Source of the DNA: Turneriella sp.
GTDB taxonomy: Bacteria; Spirochaetota; Leptospiria; Turneriellales; Turneriellaceae
Reading direction: 5' to 3'
Assembly: GCA_965279515.1 (NCBI GenBank)
Contig: CBDIID010000003.1
Span: 4,224,001 to 4,288,000, forward strand
Length of the DNA stretch: 64,000 nt
This document shows positions 38,603 to 47,717 of this stretch, piece by piece (the stretch's first letter is position 1; each line of letters opens with the position of its first letter). The notes beneath the pieces were generated by a model that had not been told where the DNA came from, ran no database searches, and saw nothing but the letters and a program-made list of their open reading frames with translations. The translations under genes were made by a program, and so were the position numbers.

Positions 38603-40450
38603 TTAAAGAGCCTCTGATTTCGCGCATGCCAGCGGCTTATCCGCATACCAGGTGAAGAACTTGCGGATGGCCACTTTGCCCTTATAACCAAACAGCCGAA
38701 ACATTTCATCCCATTCTGATGAACTCGTCTGCATTTTTTTGGATTGAAAAACGTGCAGGGATGCACACCGCGCCAAAATATCGGGCCTCCAGGTTTCCGG
38801 TTTCATTCGACCCGTGAACACGAAGCAACGATTGCCAGAGATGAGAATTTCCGCGGGTTGATTTTTCGACGGTGCGATCTCAGCTTTTCCTCTGACGGGA
38901 AAACAGTATTTCGGTTCAGCGGGTCTGCCGTCGGCAAAAAGTTGCGCACCGGTTGAAATAATTTTCCGATCGCTGTAGATCCAAACCTTATTCGGTACCG
39001 CATAAATCGCCTCAGCAGGGTAGGTGGCGAGAAGATACGGCAGAATCAGAATCGCCGCCGCGGCCGGGGCGATGTAGAGTAAGTTGCGGCGCGCCGACCA
39101 AAGCCGGTGGCGGATTTTCAGAACGTAGAGTATGGCGAGCGCCACTGCGATGCAGACCAGAGAGACGATCTGGGTAGTTTTCTCGGCGGAGGGAAATGCC
39201 GTGCTGACATACGCTGCATGCCATGCGGCGAATTTGAGGTAGAGTGTATCGAGGGCAAAAAGCAGGTATTTTGCCGGCTCAAAGGCCATGAAGACCAGCG
39301 ATGTAAAAAGATAGAGCCCGGAAAACGGCACCAGCAGCAGGTTATAAAGAAGAGAGAGTGGCTGCGCACTGCCGAACAAAAGGTATCCCAGGACAAGGGC
39401 GGGCAACCCGGCGGCGAGTGTCAGTGCAGTGTGTTCGCTGAGCAGATTCAAAAATTTATTTTTCGCAGCGAAACAAAAGTGCAGTGGTTCATAAAAAACC
39501 AAAATCGCCGCGGTGATGCCAAACGAGAGAATAAACGACATCGAAAACGTGGAGAGCGGAAAAAGCAGTTCGACGACGATGGCGGTCAGAAACAGCAAGG
39601 CCCACGAAGGAATGCGCCGGTCGAGAAGACGCATGCCGAGGCCAATCGTCATAAAAAGCCAGGCGCGCAAGAGCGGCACGGGAAAATCGAGTAGCAGTAA
39701 GAACGCGGTCGCTACGGTGTAGCCCAGAGCGGCACCCAATGAGGGAATGCCAGCAAAGCGGAATGGCAGGTAGAGAATCGCGAAGAGCAGGGCGATGTTT
39801 AGTCCCGAGACCGCAAAGAGGTGCATGAGCCCCATGTCGCGGAAGGCGTCGAGCTCCTGGGGCGTCAGATCATCGGTGTCTCCCAGGAGAAAGGCTGCAA
39901 TTAAAGAGCGTTCGCCCATCTTATCAAATTTCGCATGGAGGTAATCGAGCGTCTTTTTCCTGAATTGAACGAGAAAGCCCTCAGGTTGTTTGAGTGTTTT
40001 GATCTCATTCACACGGCACCATGAGGCGACGCCCGAAAGCCGTTCGAACACCATGAAGGTCGATTCGGGCACAACCTGAATTGAACAGCGGTAGCTGACG
40101 CGCGAATGTTTAGCGGGTAGCTGCTCCTTTTTTAAGCCTGTAAGGCGCAGTTTCAGTCTTTGATCATTCTGAATAACGACGGACTTTCTGGAAACGCCAA
40201 TCACCTGCGCTTCGCCGGATAAAGGCAACGCGGCCGGCGCACTCAAAATATTTAAGCGGAGAATGAAGAGCCAGGCACCCAGAACGATGCCGCCGGCCAC
40301 CGAAGCAATAAATAGACTGCGGTCCGAACGCCGGAAATCGGCAATGAGAAAACCCGCTGCCGTTGCGGTACAGATGATTGCTGCCGCGAGAAATCCTGAT
40401 CTAAAAAGAACGGCTGCTACAAATGTAAAAAAGGCGTATGGCCACAGCAT
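38603..40450 (-). CDS. comEC: ComEC/Rec2 competence membrane protein
   Basis: GLMHLFAVSGLNI, PLLRA and SFILSF. Confidence 0.85.
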   Translation of the reverse strand: MLWPYAFFTFVAAVLFRSGFLAAAIICTATAAGFLIADFRRSDRSLFIASVAGGIVLGAWLFILRLNILSAPAALPLSGEAQVIGVSRKSVVIQNDQRLKLRLTGLKKEQLPAKHSRVSYRCSIQVVPESTFMVFERLSGVASWCRVNEIKTLKQPEGFLVQFRKKTLDYLHAKFDKMGERSLIAAFLLGDTDDLTPQELDAFRDMGLMHLFAVSGLNIALLFAILYLPFRFAGIPSLGAALGYTVATAFLLLLDFPVPLLRAWLFMTIGLGMRLLDRRIPSWALLFLTAIVVELLFPLSTFSMSFILSFGITAAILVFYEPLHFCFAAKNKFLNLLSEHTALTLAAGLPALVLGYLLFGSAQPLSLLYNLLLVPFSGLYLFTSLVFMAFEPAKYLLFALDTLYLKFAAWHAAYVSTAFPSAEKTTQIVSLVCIAVALAILYVLKIRHRLWSARRNLLYIAPAAAAILILPYLLATYPAEAIYAVPNKVWIYSDRKIISTGAQLFADGRPAEPKYCFPVRGKAEIAPSKNQPAEILISGNRCFVFTGRMKPETWRPDILARCASLHVFQSKKMQTSSSEWDEMFRLFGYKGKVAIRKFFTWYADKPLACAKSEAL

Positions 40451-40453
40451 AAA

Positions 40454-40747
40454 TTATTGCTCACGCCTCCAATAATCAGGCTCGCGACTCTGATGAGCAA
40501 CCGCATCGATCAGGATATATTCTCCTAAGTCAGTGTAAAAAATGGTGTATGGAAATTTTTTTAGCGGATAATGACGGTATGTTTCATCGTATGGCGCCCA
40601 TGCTTCCGGAAATTGCCGGATATCTTGTATGGCAGCTTGGATATTCTCAAAAAAACGTGCCGCCAAAAGCGGATCAACACGCTGATACCATTGCTTAGCT
40701 GCGGTAAACTCCTGATCAGCTTCGACGGAAAGTCTGATCGGTTTCAT
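40454..40747 (-). CDS. RelE/ParE-family toxin
   Basis: EADQEFTAAKQWY, KFPYTIFY and AVAHQSREPDYW. Confidence 0.88.
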   Translation of the reverse strand: MKPIRLSVEADQEFTAAKQWYQRVDPLLAARFFENIQAAIQDIRQFPEAWAPYDETYRHYPLKKFPYTIFYTDLGEYILIDAVAHQSREPDYWRREQ

Positions 40748-40955
40748 GCTTCGCGCGAAATTCTTCGAATGAAATCGTTTTCAAGTAACCTGTTTTGATG
40801 CGCTCTGCGCGTTTCTTCAACTCATCGCGCCAGAGTGTATCTGTTTCTGCGGTCATTCCCGTCGATGACAAGAGTATATCAGCCAATGCGATCTTTTCTG
40901 AATCTGAAAGAGATTCGGTTTCGGCCCGAATCCTCTCTAGTTTACCCGTGATCAT
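40716..40955 (-). CDS. Addiction-module antitoxin component (TIGR02574-like)
   Basis: LSDSEKIALADILL..WRDELKKR..ISFEE; overlaps the toxin start. Confidence 0.8.
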   Translation of the reverse strand: MITGKLERIRAETESLSDSEKIALADILLSSTGMTAETDTLWRDELKKRAERIKTGYLKTISFEEFRAKHETDQTFRRS

Positions 40956-40996
40956 AAGTTAGCACGGCGCGCCAAACCGGGCGCGACAAGCATTTA

Positions 40997-42178
40997 TTAC
41001 CCTTCTACTTTCGGCATCTTGCGCAGAAAGGTGGGGATGTCATACGCCGCTGCCTGTACCGAGGCGTCGACGCGGGGGAAATCCAAACCTTGCTGTGCCG
41101 GCGTGCGGTAGGTTGTGTCTTCCGTGCCCGTGCGCGGCAGAACCTGGGGTTTGAACTGTGACTGCGATTGCTGCGGTTTCAGGTCGATCTGCTCTTTGCG
41201 GCGGTAACCTGTGGCGATGACGGTGATCGAGACATGATTGTCTTTGGTTTCGTCTTCGGTGAAGCCGACGATGATGACCGCATCCTTCGAAACCTGTTCG
41301 TGGATCTGCTTCTGGATCTCGTGGTATTCGTAGAGCGCAAAATCTGAACCGCCGACCACGTTGATGAGCACGGCCTGGGCGCCGTCGATGGTCTTGCCGT
41401 TGAGGAGGGGGTGGTGGATCGCACTTTGCAGCGCTTCAGCCACACGGTTCTCGCCGGTACCTTCGCCGAGGCCGATGACGGCGTCACCGTTCTGGCCCAT
41501 AACTGTGCGCACGTCGGCAAAGTCGACGTTCACAAAGCCGGTCGAATTGATAATGTTGCTGATGCCGCGCACCGCGCGGTAGAGCATGTCGTCGATGAGC
41601 TTGTAAGCTGCACCGACAGACGTCTTTTTATCGATAACTTTAAATATGGCTTCGTTGGGTATAGTGATGAGCGTATCGACGCGGTCGCGCAGATTGTTCT
41701 GGCCCGCTTTCGCATAACTCATGCGCTTGTCGCCTTCGACGATGAAGGGCAGCGTTACAACGCCGACCGTCAGGGCCTTGAGCTCGCGCGCGACTTCGGC
41801 GACAATCGGTGCCGCACCGGTACCGGTACCGCCGCCCATGCCCGCCGTAACAAACACCATGTCGGCGCCCTTGAGCACGTTCATGATCTTCTCGCGGTCT
41901 TCCATTGCCGCCTGCGCGCCGATGTCCGGTATGCCGCCTGCGCCCATGCCGCGCGTCAGTTTCGCGCCCAGCGCGACCTTGATCGGAGCATGCGAACGTT
42001 CGAGTACCTGTTCGTCGGTATTCATCGCGATGAGTTCGACGCCCTCGAGGTTCATCGACACCATGCGTTCGATGGCGTTCATGCCGCCACCGCCGACACC
42101 CACAACCTTAATCATTGCGGGGGATTTTTTCTTTTCCTCAAATGCTAACATAACTTGCTCCTGTCCGGGTTGTCGCAT
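40997..42178 (-). CDS. ftsZ: Cell division protein FtsZ
   Basis: GVGGGG, GMGGGTGTG, NVDFAD and C-terminal DIPTFLRK; start may be 42151. Confidence 0.97.
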   Translation of the reverse strand: MRQPGQEQVMLAFEEKKKSPAMIKVVGVGGGGMNAIERMVSMNLEGVELIAMNTDEQVLERSHAPIKVALGAKLTRGMGAGGIPDIGAQAAMEDREKIMNVLKGADMVFVTAGMGGGTGTGAAPIVAEVARELKALTVGVVTLPFIVEGDKRMSYAKAGQNNLRDRVDTLITIPNEAIFKVIDKKTSVGAAYKLIDDMLYRAVRGISNIINSTGFVNVDFADVRTVMGQNGDAVIGLGEGTGENRVAEALQSAIHHPLLNGKTIDGAQAVLINVVGGSDFALYEYHEIQKQIHEQVSKDAVIIVGFTEDETKDNHVSITVIATGYRRKEQIDLKPQQSQSQFKPQVLPRTGTEDTTYRTPAQQGLDFPRVDASVQAAAYDIPTFLRKMPKVEG

Positions 42179-42209
42179 CGCTCCACCCCGGCAGGGTGGA
42201 CGGGACGCG

Positions 42210-42248
42210 TTTAAGGGGGCGGTTGCACCACCCCCTTAACAACCCCCG
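42210..42248. repeat. AAGGGG/CCCCTT palindromic repeat, copy 1
   Basis: TTTAAGGGGGC..CCCCCTTAACAACCCCCG; matches 48490-48523. Confidence 0.6.
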
Positions 42249-42265
42249 CAGATACGACTGGTTCC

Positions 42266-43504
42266 TCATAAGTTTTTTTGTAACCAATTTTTCATTTTTC
42301 CGAACAGATTCTTGCCGCTTTTTTGTATATCTGGTTCCCCATAGCGCGCCTGGTACAGGAGTAACCCCGTCGCCGTGCTATAAGGTGGCGATGCAACCTT
42401 ATCCGAAATCCCCAACAAGCCCTTTGGATAGGCAACCGACGCACCCAGCTGCAGAACTTCTTCTGCAAGGCCGACAAGGCCTTCGAGCTGCGCGGCGCCA
42501 CCCGTAAAAATAATACCACCGGCCAATATGTTTTTTCTGCCGGATCGCAAAAGTTCATGATCGATGAGTTCGAGCATCTCGCGCATACGCGCTTCGATGA
42601 TGAGCGCCATGTCGCGGCGCGGAATCTGGCGCGGTGCGCGTTCGCCGACCGAAGGCACGTCGACCATTTCCATCGGGTCGACGTCGGCCGCACGCGCGGT
42701 GCCTTTTCTTTTTTTCAGCATTTCGGCCGAATCGATCGGTGTTTTGAGGCCGATCGAAAGATCTTGTGTGACGTGCTGGCCGCCGAGACAGATCGTTGCC
42801 GAATATTCGACGCCACCGTCGACATAGATGATGAGATCGATGACACCCGAGCCGATGTCGCAGATCGCGACGCCTAAATCTTTTTCGGCTTCGGTGAGTA
42901 GAGCCTGGCTGGATGCGAGGGCCGAGAGAACTTTGTTCGAGACACGCACGCCGGCTTGTTCCACGGCTTTTTCCGTGTTCTGGAGTTGTGTAACAGGCGC
43001 TGTAACGATGTGAACCTGCGCGTCGAGGCGAACTCCCACCATGCCCAACGGGTCTTTGATGCCCGACTGGTCGTCGACCTTGAACTCGCGCGACAGTACG
43101 TGCAGAATTTCCTGGTCGGCGGGAATGCGCACATTCTGCGCGGTATCGATGACACGAAAAACGTCGGCGTGCGTGATGATACGGTCGCGGCCGGTGATTG
43201 TCACCATGCCGGTCGCGTTGTCGCCGCGTACGTTTTTGCCTGAAATATTGATGACGACTTCGTCTATCTCAAGCGCCGACATGAGTTCGGCCTCTTCGAT
43301 CGCGTCCTGGATGCTTTTGACGGTCTGCTCGATGTTCGTCACCGAGCCGGATTTCACGCCGCGGGACTCGACGACGCCGAGGCCGATAATTTCTACCTCG
43401 TCGGGGGAGGTGATGCGGGCGACGATCGCGACTGTCTTACTCGAACCCAAATCGAGAGCAGCGACGAGGCGCCCTGAGCCGACGCCTGTGCCGTCATAGC
43501 TCAT
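42266..43504 (-). CDS. ftsA: Cell division protein FtsA
   Basis: LDLGSSK, DIGSG, LGGQHVTQD and FTGGAA. Confidence 0.96.
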   Translation of the reverse strand: MSYDGTGVGSGRLVAALDLGSSKTVAIVARITSPDEVEIIGLGVVESRGVKSGSVTNIEQTVKSIQDAIEEAELMSALEIDEVVINISGKNVRGDNATGMVTITGRDRIITHADVFRVIDTAQNVRIPADQEILHVLSREFKVDDQSGIKDPLGMVGVRLDAQVHIVTAPVTQLQNTEKAVEQAGVRVSNKVLSALASSQALLTEAEKDLGVAICDIGSGVIDLIIYVDGGVEYSATICLGGQHVTQDLSIGLKTPIDSAEMLKKRKGTARAADVDPMEMVDVPSVGERAPRQIPRRDMALIIEARMREMLELIDHELLRSGRKNILAGGIIFTGGAAQLEGLVGLAEEVLQLGASVAYPKGLLGISDKVASPPYSTATGLLLYQARYGEPDIQKSGKNLFGKMKNWLQKNL

Positions 43505-44325
43505 ATATCAGCCTCTGCCTTCGTTTGGCTCTGTTTCATTTCGCGTATAATGGCGCTGTTTTCCTGTAAGTCTACCAAAGTGACAGAACGCGGCAGTTTT
43601 GTCTCGAGATACGCATAGACCGCCCAGAGGCGCCGCAGCGTTTCTTCGGAAAAGCGCCCCTCGTACACAACGCACGAGCGGATGCCCGCCGAATAGATGC
43701 GGTACCGCCAGAGACCACCGGACTTTCCGTTGCCGGGTCCCGGACTCTCTTCACCCACCGCACTGCCGGTCCCTTTCAGGGGCCGGATCTCGATCTCTGC
43801 GAAACGCTGCCAGAGAAATGCATACTTCTCGCGCGTCTCTTTCCAGAGCCGTATTATGTCACTTTTCGGTGACAACGATGATTCGCCGCCAAAAGTCAAG
43901 TAGAAAATGACTTTGTCTGGCGTGAGATCCTTGTGTAAATACGCGGCATTTTCAACGATCGTCGTTCCACCCGGATCTTTCTCTGCGACACCTTCCTGTT
44001 CGTTTTGCAGATATTCAAGCTGGCGTTCCGTGATGGTGATATTGACCTTACGGCCAGGCAATACCGTCACCTTCGCGGTGGCGATGCGCGGGTTTAAGAG
44101 TAAGCTGTCACGGATTTCATCGGAGCTGACGCCGTCTTTCGCGGCCTTGAGCAGGTACGACACCACATCCTGCACATCTTTTTCGCTTAAGATGCGGTTG
44201 CCTTCGACGCTGATCTGCCAGCCGTCACCGCCGCCGTGGCGCTTCACGATAAACCAGGTGGTGAGAACGGCGCCGAGCGTCATCAGCGTGACCCCAGCGA
44301 TCAGAATTTTCTTACGCAGAGGCAT
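43501..44325 (-). CDS. ftsQ: FtsQ/DivIB-like POTRA protein
   Basis: Single TM, then VEGNRILS..NPRIATAKV..ITITER; directly upstream of ftsA. Confidence 0.78.
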   Translation of the reverse strand: MPLRKKILIAGVTLMTLGAVLTTWFIVKRHGGGDGWQISVEGNRILSEKDVQDVVSYLLKAAKDGVSSDEIRDSLLLNPRIATAKVTVLPGRKVNITITERQLEYLQNEQEGVAEKDPGGTTIVENAAYLHKDLTPDKVIFYLTFGGESSLSPKSDIIRLWKETREKYAFLWQRFAEIEIRPLKGTGSAVGEESPGPGNGKSGGLWRYRIYSAGIRSCVVYEGRFSEETLRRLWAVYAYLETKLPRSVTLVDLQENSAIIREMKQSQTKAEADI

Positions 44326-44333
44326 GGATGGCT

Positions 44334-45473
44334 TTATTCACGCGGTATGTCCGCCGCATTCCCGGGTGGCTGTGAATCCGGTGGTGAAGGAGGAATCTCC
44401 TGGTCCGAGAAATTACCGTTCCATTCACTGATGAGCTTCCAAATCGTGACGAACATCGTGACGATGAAGGGGCCAAGAATGAGGCCCTTGACGCCGAAGG
44501 CATTCAGGCCGCCGACGATGGCGAGAAATAAAAATAATGGATGCAGATTGAGGTCGCGGTCAAGCAGCATCGGTTTCAAAAGATTTTCGAGCAGAAAATA
44601 GAATGTCGTACACGTGATCGCCATGATGACAGCGGTCGTATGCTGGTCGTGCGAGTAGAGGTAGATGGCGCCGGGCAGCCAGACAACCGCTGTGCCGATC
44701 ACGGGGATCAGCGCAAAGGGCACGGCAACCGCGCCCCAGAGCAGGGGTGTGCTGAGACCGCAGAGCCAGAACACAATGCCTACCACAGCACCCTGCATGG
44801 CCGAGATGACAAGGTTGCCTTTCACCACCGCATCGAAAATGCGCACCATGCGGTCGCCGATGTGTTTTTCAATTTTATCGGGGAAGGGCAGACTGCGGTA
44901 AATCGCCTGGCCGACGCGATCGACGCTGCGGAACAGGAAAAACAGGATAAACAAGGCGAAGGTGAAGTCGATGAAGAACTTCATCCCCGTGATCACCCAT
45001 TTCCAGCCCTGCTTTAACGTTTCCAGTTGATTCGAAAGAATTACGTCGAGCGCATGTGCACGGTATGCCACAAGCTGGTCGACGCTGATTCCGAATTTAT
45101 TTTCAATCCAGGTGTTGTTTCTATAGATCTCGAGCAGCTTTTCCGGGGTGAACCATTCGCGCGCGAGATCGGCGGCATGCCGCGCTTCGGTAACGAGCGC
45201 AATGGCGAGAAACACCACGGGTATGATGAGTATCAGTATCACCGAAAAAGTCGAGATGATCGCGGCGATGGTGCGCCGGCCATCGAGCCGCCTCAGCAGC
45301 CAGCGGTGCGGCGTGCGAAACAAAATGAACAGTATGCCTGAAATAAAGAATGCGTAGATGTAGCTGTAATAAACGTAACTGACGAGTCCCAGAAGGAAAA
45401 GGAATAATCCGAAAAAAACATAAGGCAGAAACCGTTGGAAATCCAGGAAGCTGTAGCTGCGATCAAGTTTCAT
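44334..45473 (-). CDS. AI-2E family transporter
   Basis: LIPVIGTAVVWLP, ENLLKP, HPLFLFLAIVGG and GLILGP. Confidence 0.9.
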   Translation of the reverse strand: MKLDRSYSFLDFQRFLPYVFFGLFLFLLGLVSYVYYSYIYAFFISGILFILFRTPHRWLLRRLDGRRTIAAIISTFSVILILIIPVVFLAIALVTEARHAADLAREWFTPEKLLEIYRNNTWIENKFGISVDQLVAYRAHALDVILSNQLETLKQGWKWVITGMKFFIDFTFALFILFFLFRSVDRVGQAIYRSLPFPDKIEKHIGDRMVRIFDAVVKGNLVISAMQGAVVGIVFWLCGLSTPLLWGAVAVPFALIPVIGTAVVWLPGAIYLYSHDQHTTAVIMAITCTTFYFLLENLLKPMLLDRDLNLHPLFLFLAIVGGLNAFGVKGLILGPFIVTMFVTIWKLISEWNGNFSDQEIPPSPPDSQPPGNAADIPRE

Positions 45474-45474
45474 G

Positions 45475-45978
45475 CTATTCTTGTTTGCCGCGGTTGTAAT
45501 CGACCTCAGAGCGGCCAATGCGGATGAGATAATTTTCGGCGTAGGGAAGTTTCGAGACGTCGACGGAGATGAGTTCCTTCACCTCTTTCGCGCTGCGCTC
45601 GTACTGCAGCAGCGCGCTGCCGCTCTGTTCGAGACGCGCGGTTTCCGTAAAATTATGTTTGCGGAAACTCGATTCATAATAGGCGACAATGTCCTTCAGG
45701 TTGTGGTTCGTTTTCTGTAAAATCGTCGACGCACGGCCATCCGTGGCCGCGTCGACCTTGGCACGTCCGTGTGCCATCGGATTATCGACGCGGTAAATTT
45801 CTGCCTGGGGGTAGAGAAGCGAAAGCGAACGGACAAAATCCGGCGCGTCGGAAGGAGAACCTTTGGGCGGTAACTTATCTGACACCGCAATCGCCGTTTC
45901 GGAGTCCTTTTTACCGCACGCGGAAGCCGCCAAGGCAAGTAAGCTGGCGCAAAAAAACGAGGTTATCCGCCTCTGCAT
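45475..45978 (-). CDS. Hypothetical lipoprotein containing repeat copy C
   Basis: Lipobox ASA-C; 1 nt from the AI-2E start. Confidence 0.72.
   Translation of the reverse strand: MQRRITSFFCASLLALAASACGKKDSETAIAVSDKLPPKGSPSDAPDFVRSLSLLYPQAEIYRVDNPMAHGRAKVDAATDGRASTILQKTNHNLKDIVAYYESSFRKHNFTETARLEQSGSALLQYERSAKEVKELISVDVSKLPYAENYLIRIGRSEVDYNRGKQE
45725..45776 (-). repeat. Twin GGA-loop hairpin element, copy C (inside the lipoprotein CDS)
   Basis: Minus strand: TGGCAC-ACGGAC-GTGCCA-AG-GTCGACGC-GGCC-ACGGAT-GGCC-GT-GCGTCGAC. Confidence 0.82.
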
Positions 45979-46056
45979 AATGCGACATAATGAAGTTTGG
46001 GCCGGGCGTACAGTAAAAACCAGGTGCCGGGTTGATGGCCGGAACCCGGTTTTAGA

Positions 46057-46260
46057 TCAGCGTGCGCTGCGCTCTTTTGGTCTTCGCGGGGTATTTTCGA
46101 GGGGATAGAGGATGGCGTTGGCAATAGATGCCCGGCGCTGCAGCGTGTTTTCCGTTTTGGTTTCAGATTCAGACATCTGCGTAATGATAGCATGGTCGAG
46201 CCAGTCACGCAGCGGGGCGGGAATATACGAGGCTTCGGCCGCTTTCATGGTATCATTCAT
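46057..46260 (-). CDS. Small hypothetical protein
   Basis: 67-aa ORF filling the gap, divergent from tatA; no motif. Confidence 0.4.
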   Translation of the reverse strand: MNDTMKAAEASYIPAPLRDWLDHAIITQMSESETKTENTLQRRASIANAILYPLENTPRRPKERSAR

Positions 46261-46364
46261 GGGAAATACCCTCTGGTTTCTATACGAGATGCTGCAGAAA
46301 AAGGTTACAATCCCTGCGTTCAATTTATACTTTACACTCTGTCTTTTTTGAGTATATTCTCTTT

Positions 46365-46679
46365 ATGGTATTCTTATTCGGTATGCCCAATCTCGGCGAG
46401 ATGATCTTCCTCGTCATCATCATCCTTCTGCTCTTTGGCGGCAAGAAGCTCCCTGAACTCGCGCGCGGCCTCGGTGCCGGTATCCACGAGTTCCGCCGTG
46501 GCATGAATGCAGGTAACGAACCAGCATCGACGCAGACACATGCTCCGGCGCCAGCAACTGAGCGTGACGTGACCCCCGGTGAGAACGAAGCACCGCGCAA
46601 GTCGCGCGCCCTGCCGCAGCCCAAACGGGCCGCGCGCCCCGCAGCAAAAAAGAAAGCCGCTGCGAAAAAGAAAAAATAA
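46365..46679 (+). CDS. tatA: Twin-arginine translocase TatA/E subunit
   Basis: LLLFGGKKLPELARGLG..EFRR. Confidence 0.92.
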   Translation: MVFLFGMPNLGEMIFLVIIILLLFGGKKLPELARGLGAGIHEFRRGMNAGNEPASTQTHAPAPATERDVTPGENEAPRKSRALPQPKRAARPAAKKKAAAKKKK

Positions 46680-46683
46680 TCGT

Positions 46684-46737
46684 GATGCACGAGGCATCTG
46701 ATAGGCGACGGGCAAGGATGCCCTCTCAAGTCGCCTA
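46684..46737 (+). repeat. Twin GGA-loop hairpin element, copy D (tatA-argB intergenic)
   Basis: GATGC-ACGAG-GCATC-TGA-TAGGCGAC-GGGC-AAGGAT-GCCC-TCTCAA-GTCGCCTA. Confidence 0.82.
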
Positions 46738-46752
46738 ATTTTAGCCAGACAG

Positions 46753-47643
46753 GTGATCAGCATCGAATCCGGTCTGGCCCACTCCCGCGAACGCATCGAA
46801 ACCCTGCTTGAGGCGCTGCCCTATATACAGCGCTTCGCGGGTAAGACCATCGTCATCAAATATGGCGGTGCGGCGATGGAGAAGGCCGACCTCTCCGCCA
46901 AGTTCGCCCAGGACGTTGTTTTACTCAAACTCTGCGGCATAGACCCTGTGATTGTGCACGGCGGCGGCCCGCAGATCAACCAGCTGCTCGAGCGCCTCGG
47001 CGTGAAATCCACCTTTATCGACGGCCACCGTGTCACGGGCGACGCTGAAATGGCCGCGGTCGAAATGGTACTTTCGGGCGACGTAAATAAAAAGATCGTC
47101 GCGCAGATTGCTCGAGCCGGCGGCAAGGCCGTGGGTTTGTCGGGCCGCGACGGTGCGCTCGCGCATGCAGAAAAACATTTTCTCGAACGCAGCGGCAAAG
47201 AGAATGTCGATCTGGGCCGTGTCGGCGCGGTGAAACCCGGCGGTGTCAATATCCAGGTTCTCAACGTGCTGAAGCAGGGCGGGTTTATCCCCGTGATTGC
47301 CCCGGTGGGTTTTGACGCCGACGGTAACTCGCTCAACATTAATGCCGATACCATGGCAGGTGCGATCGCCGCGGCGCTGGGCGCTGAAAAACTGCTGCTG
47401 CTCACGGATACGCCGGGTGTCATGCACGAAGGCAAAACCCTGACGCGGCTCTCTCCCGGTGATGTGAAAAAGCTCAAGGCGGATGGCATCATTTCAGGCG
47501 GTATGATTCCGAAAGTCGACTGCGCTGTGTCCGCTGTGGAAAACCATGTCAACGCGGCGCACATCATCGACGGCCGCGTGCCGAATGCACTCCTGCTCGA
47601 AATTTTTACGGATTCGGGTGTTGGTACGATGCTCGTTCGCTGA
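46753..47643 (+). CDS. argB: Acetylglutamate kinase
   Basis: IKYGGAAM, VHGGGPQI, NINAD, GGMIPK and LLEIFT. Confidence 0.96.
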   Translation: MISIESGLAHSRERIETLLEALPYIQRFAGKTIVIKYGGAAMEKADLSAKFAQDVVLLKLCGIDPVIVHGGGPQINQLLERLGVKSTFIDGHRVTGDAEMAAVEMVLSGDVNKKIVAQIARAGGKAVGLSGRDGALAHAEKHFLERSGKENVDLGRVGAVKPGGVNIQVLNVLKQGGFIPVIAPVGFDADGNSLNINADTMAGAIAAALGAEKLLLLTDTPGVMHEGKTLTRLSPGDVKKLKADGIISGGMIPKVDCAVSAVENHVNAAHIIDGRVPNALLLEIFTDSGVGTMLVR

Positions 47644-47717
47644 TTCATCGCCACAGCCGTCACAAAGCCCCCCTTTTGCAGGTTGACAGATGAAAACAGA
47701 TGCTGTAGCTTGTCATA

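Noticed and set aside
43711..43790. Gly-rich FtsQ segment as another GGA-element copy
   Set aside because: It has a hairpin and an ACGGAA, but the GGA is not enclosed by a stem and the two-hairpin layout is missing.
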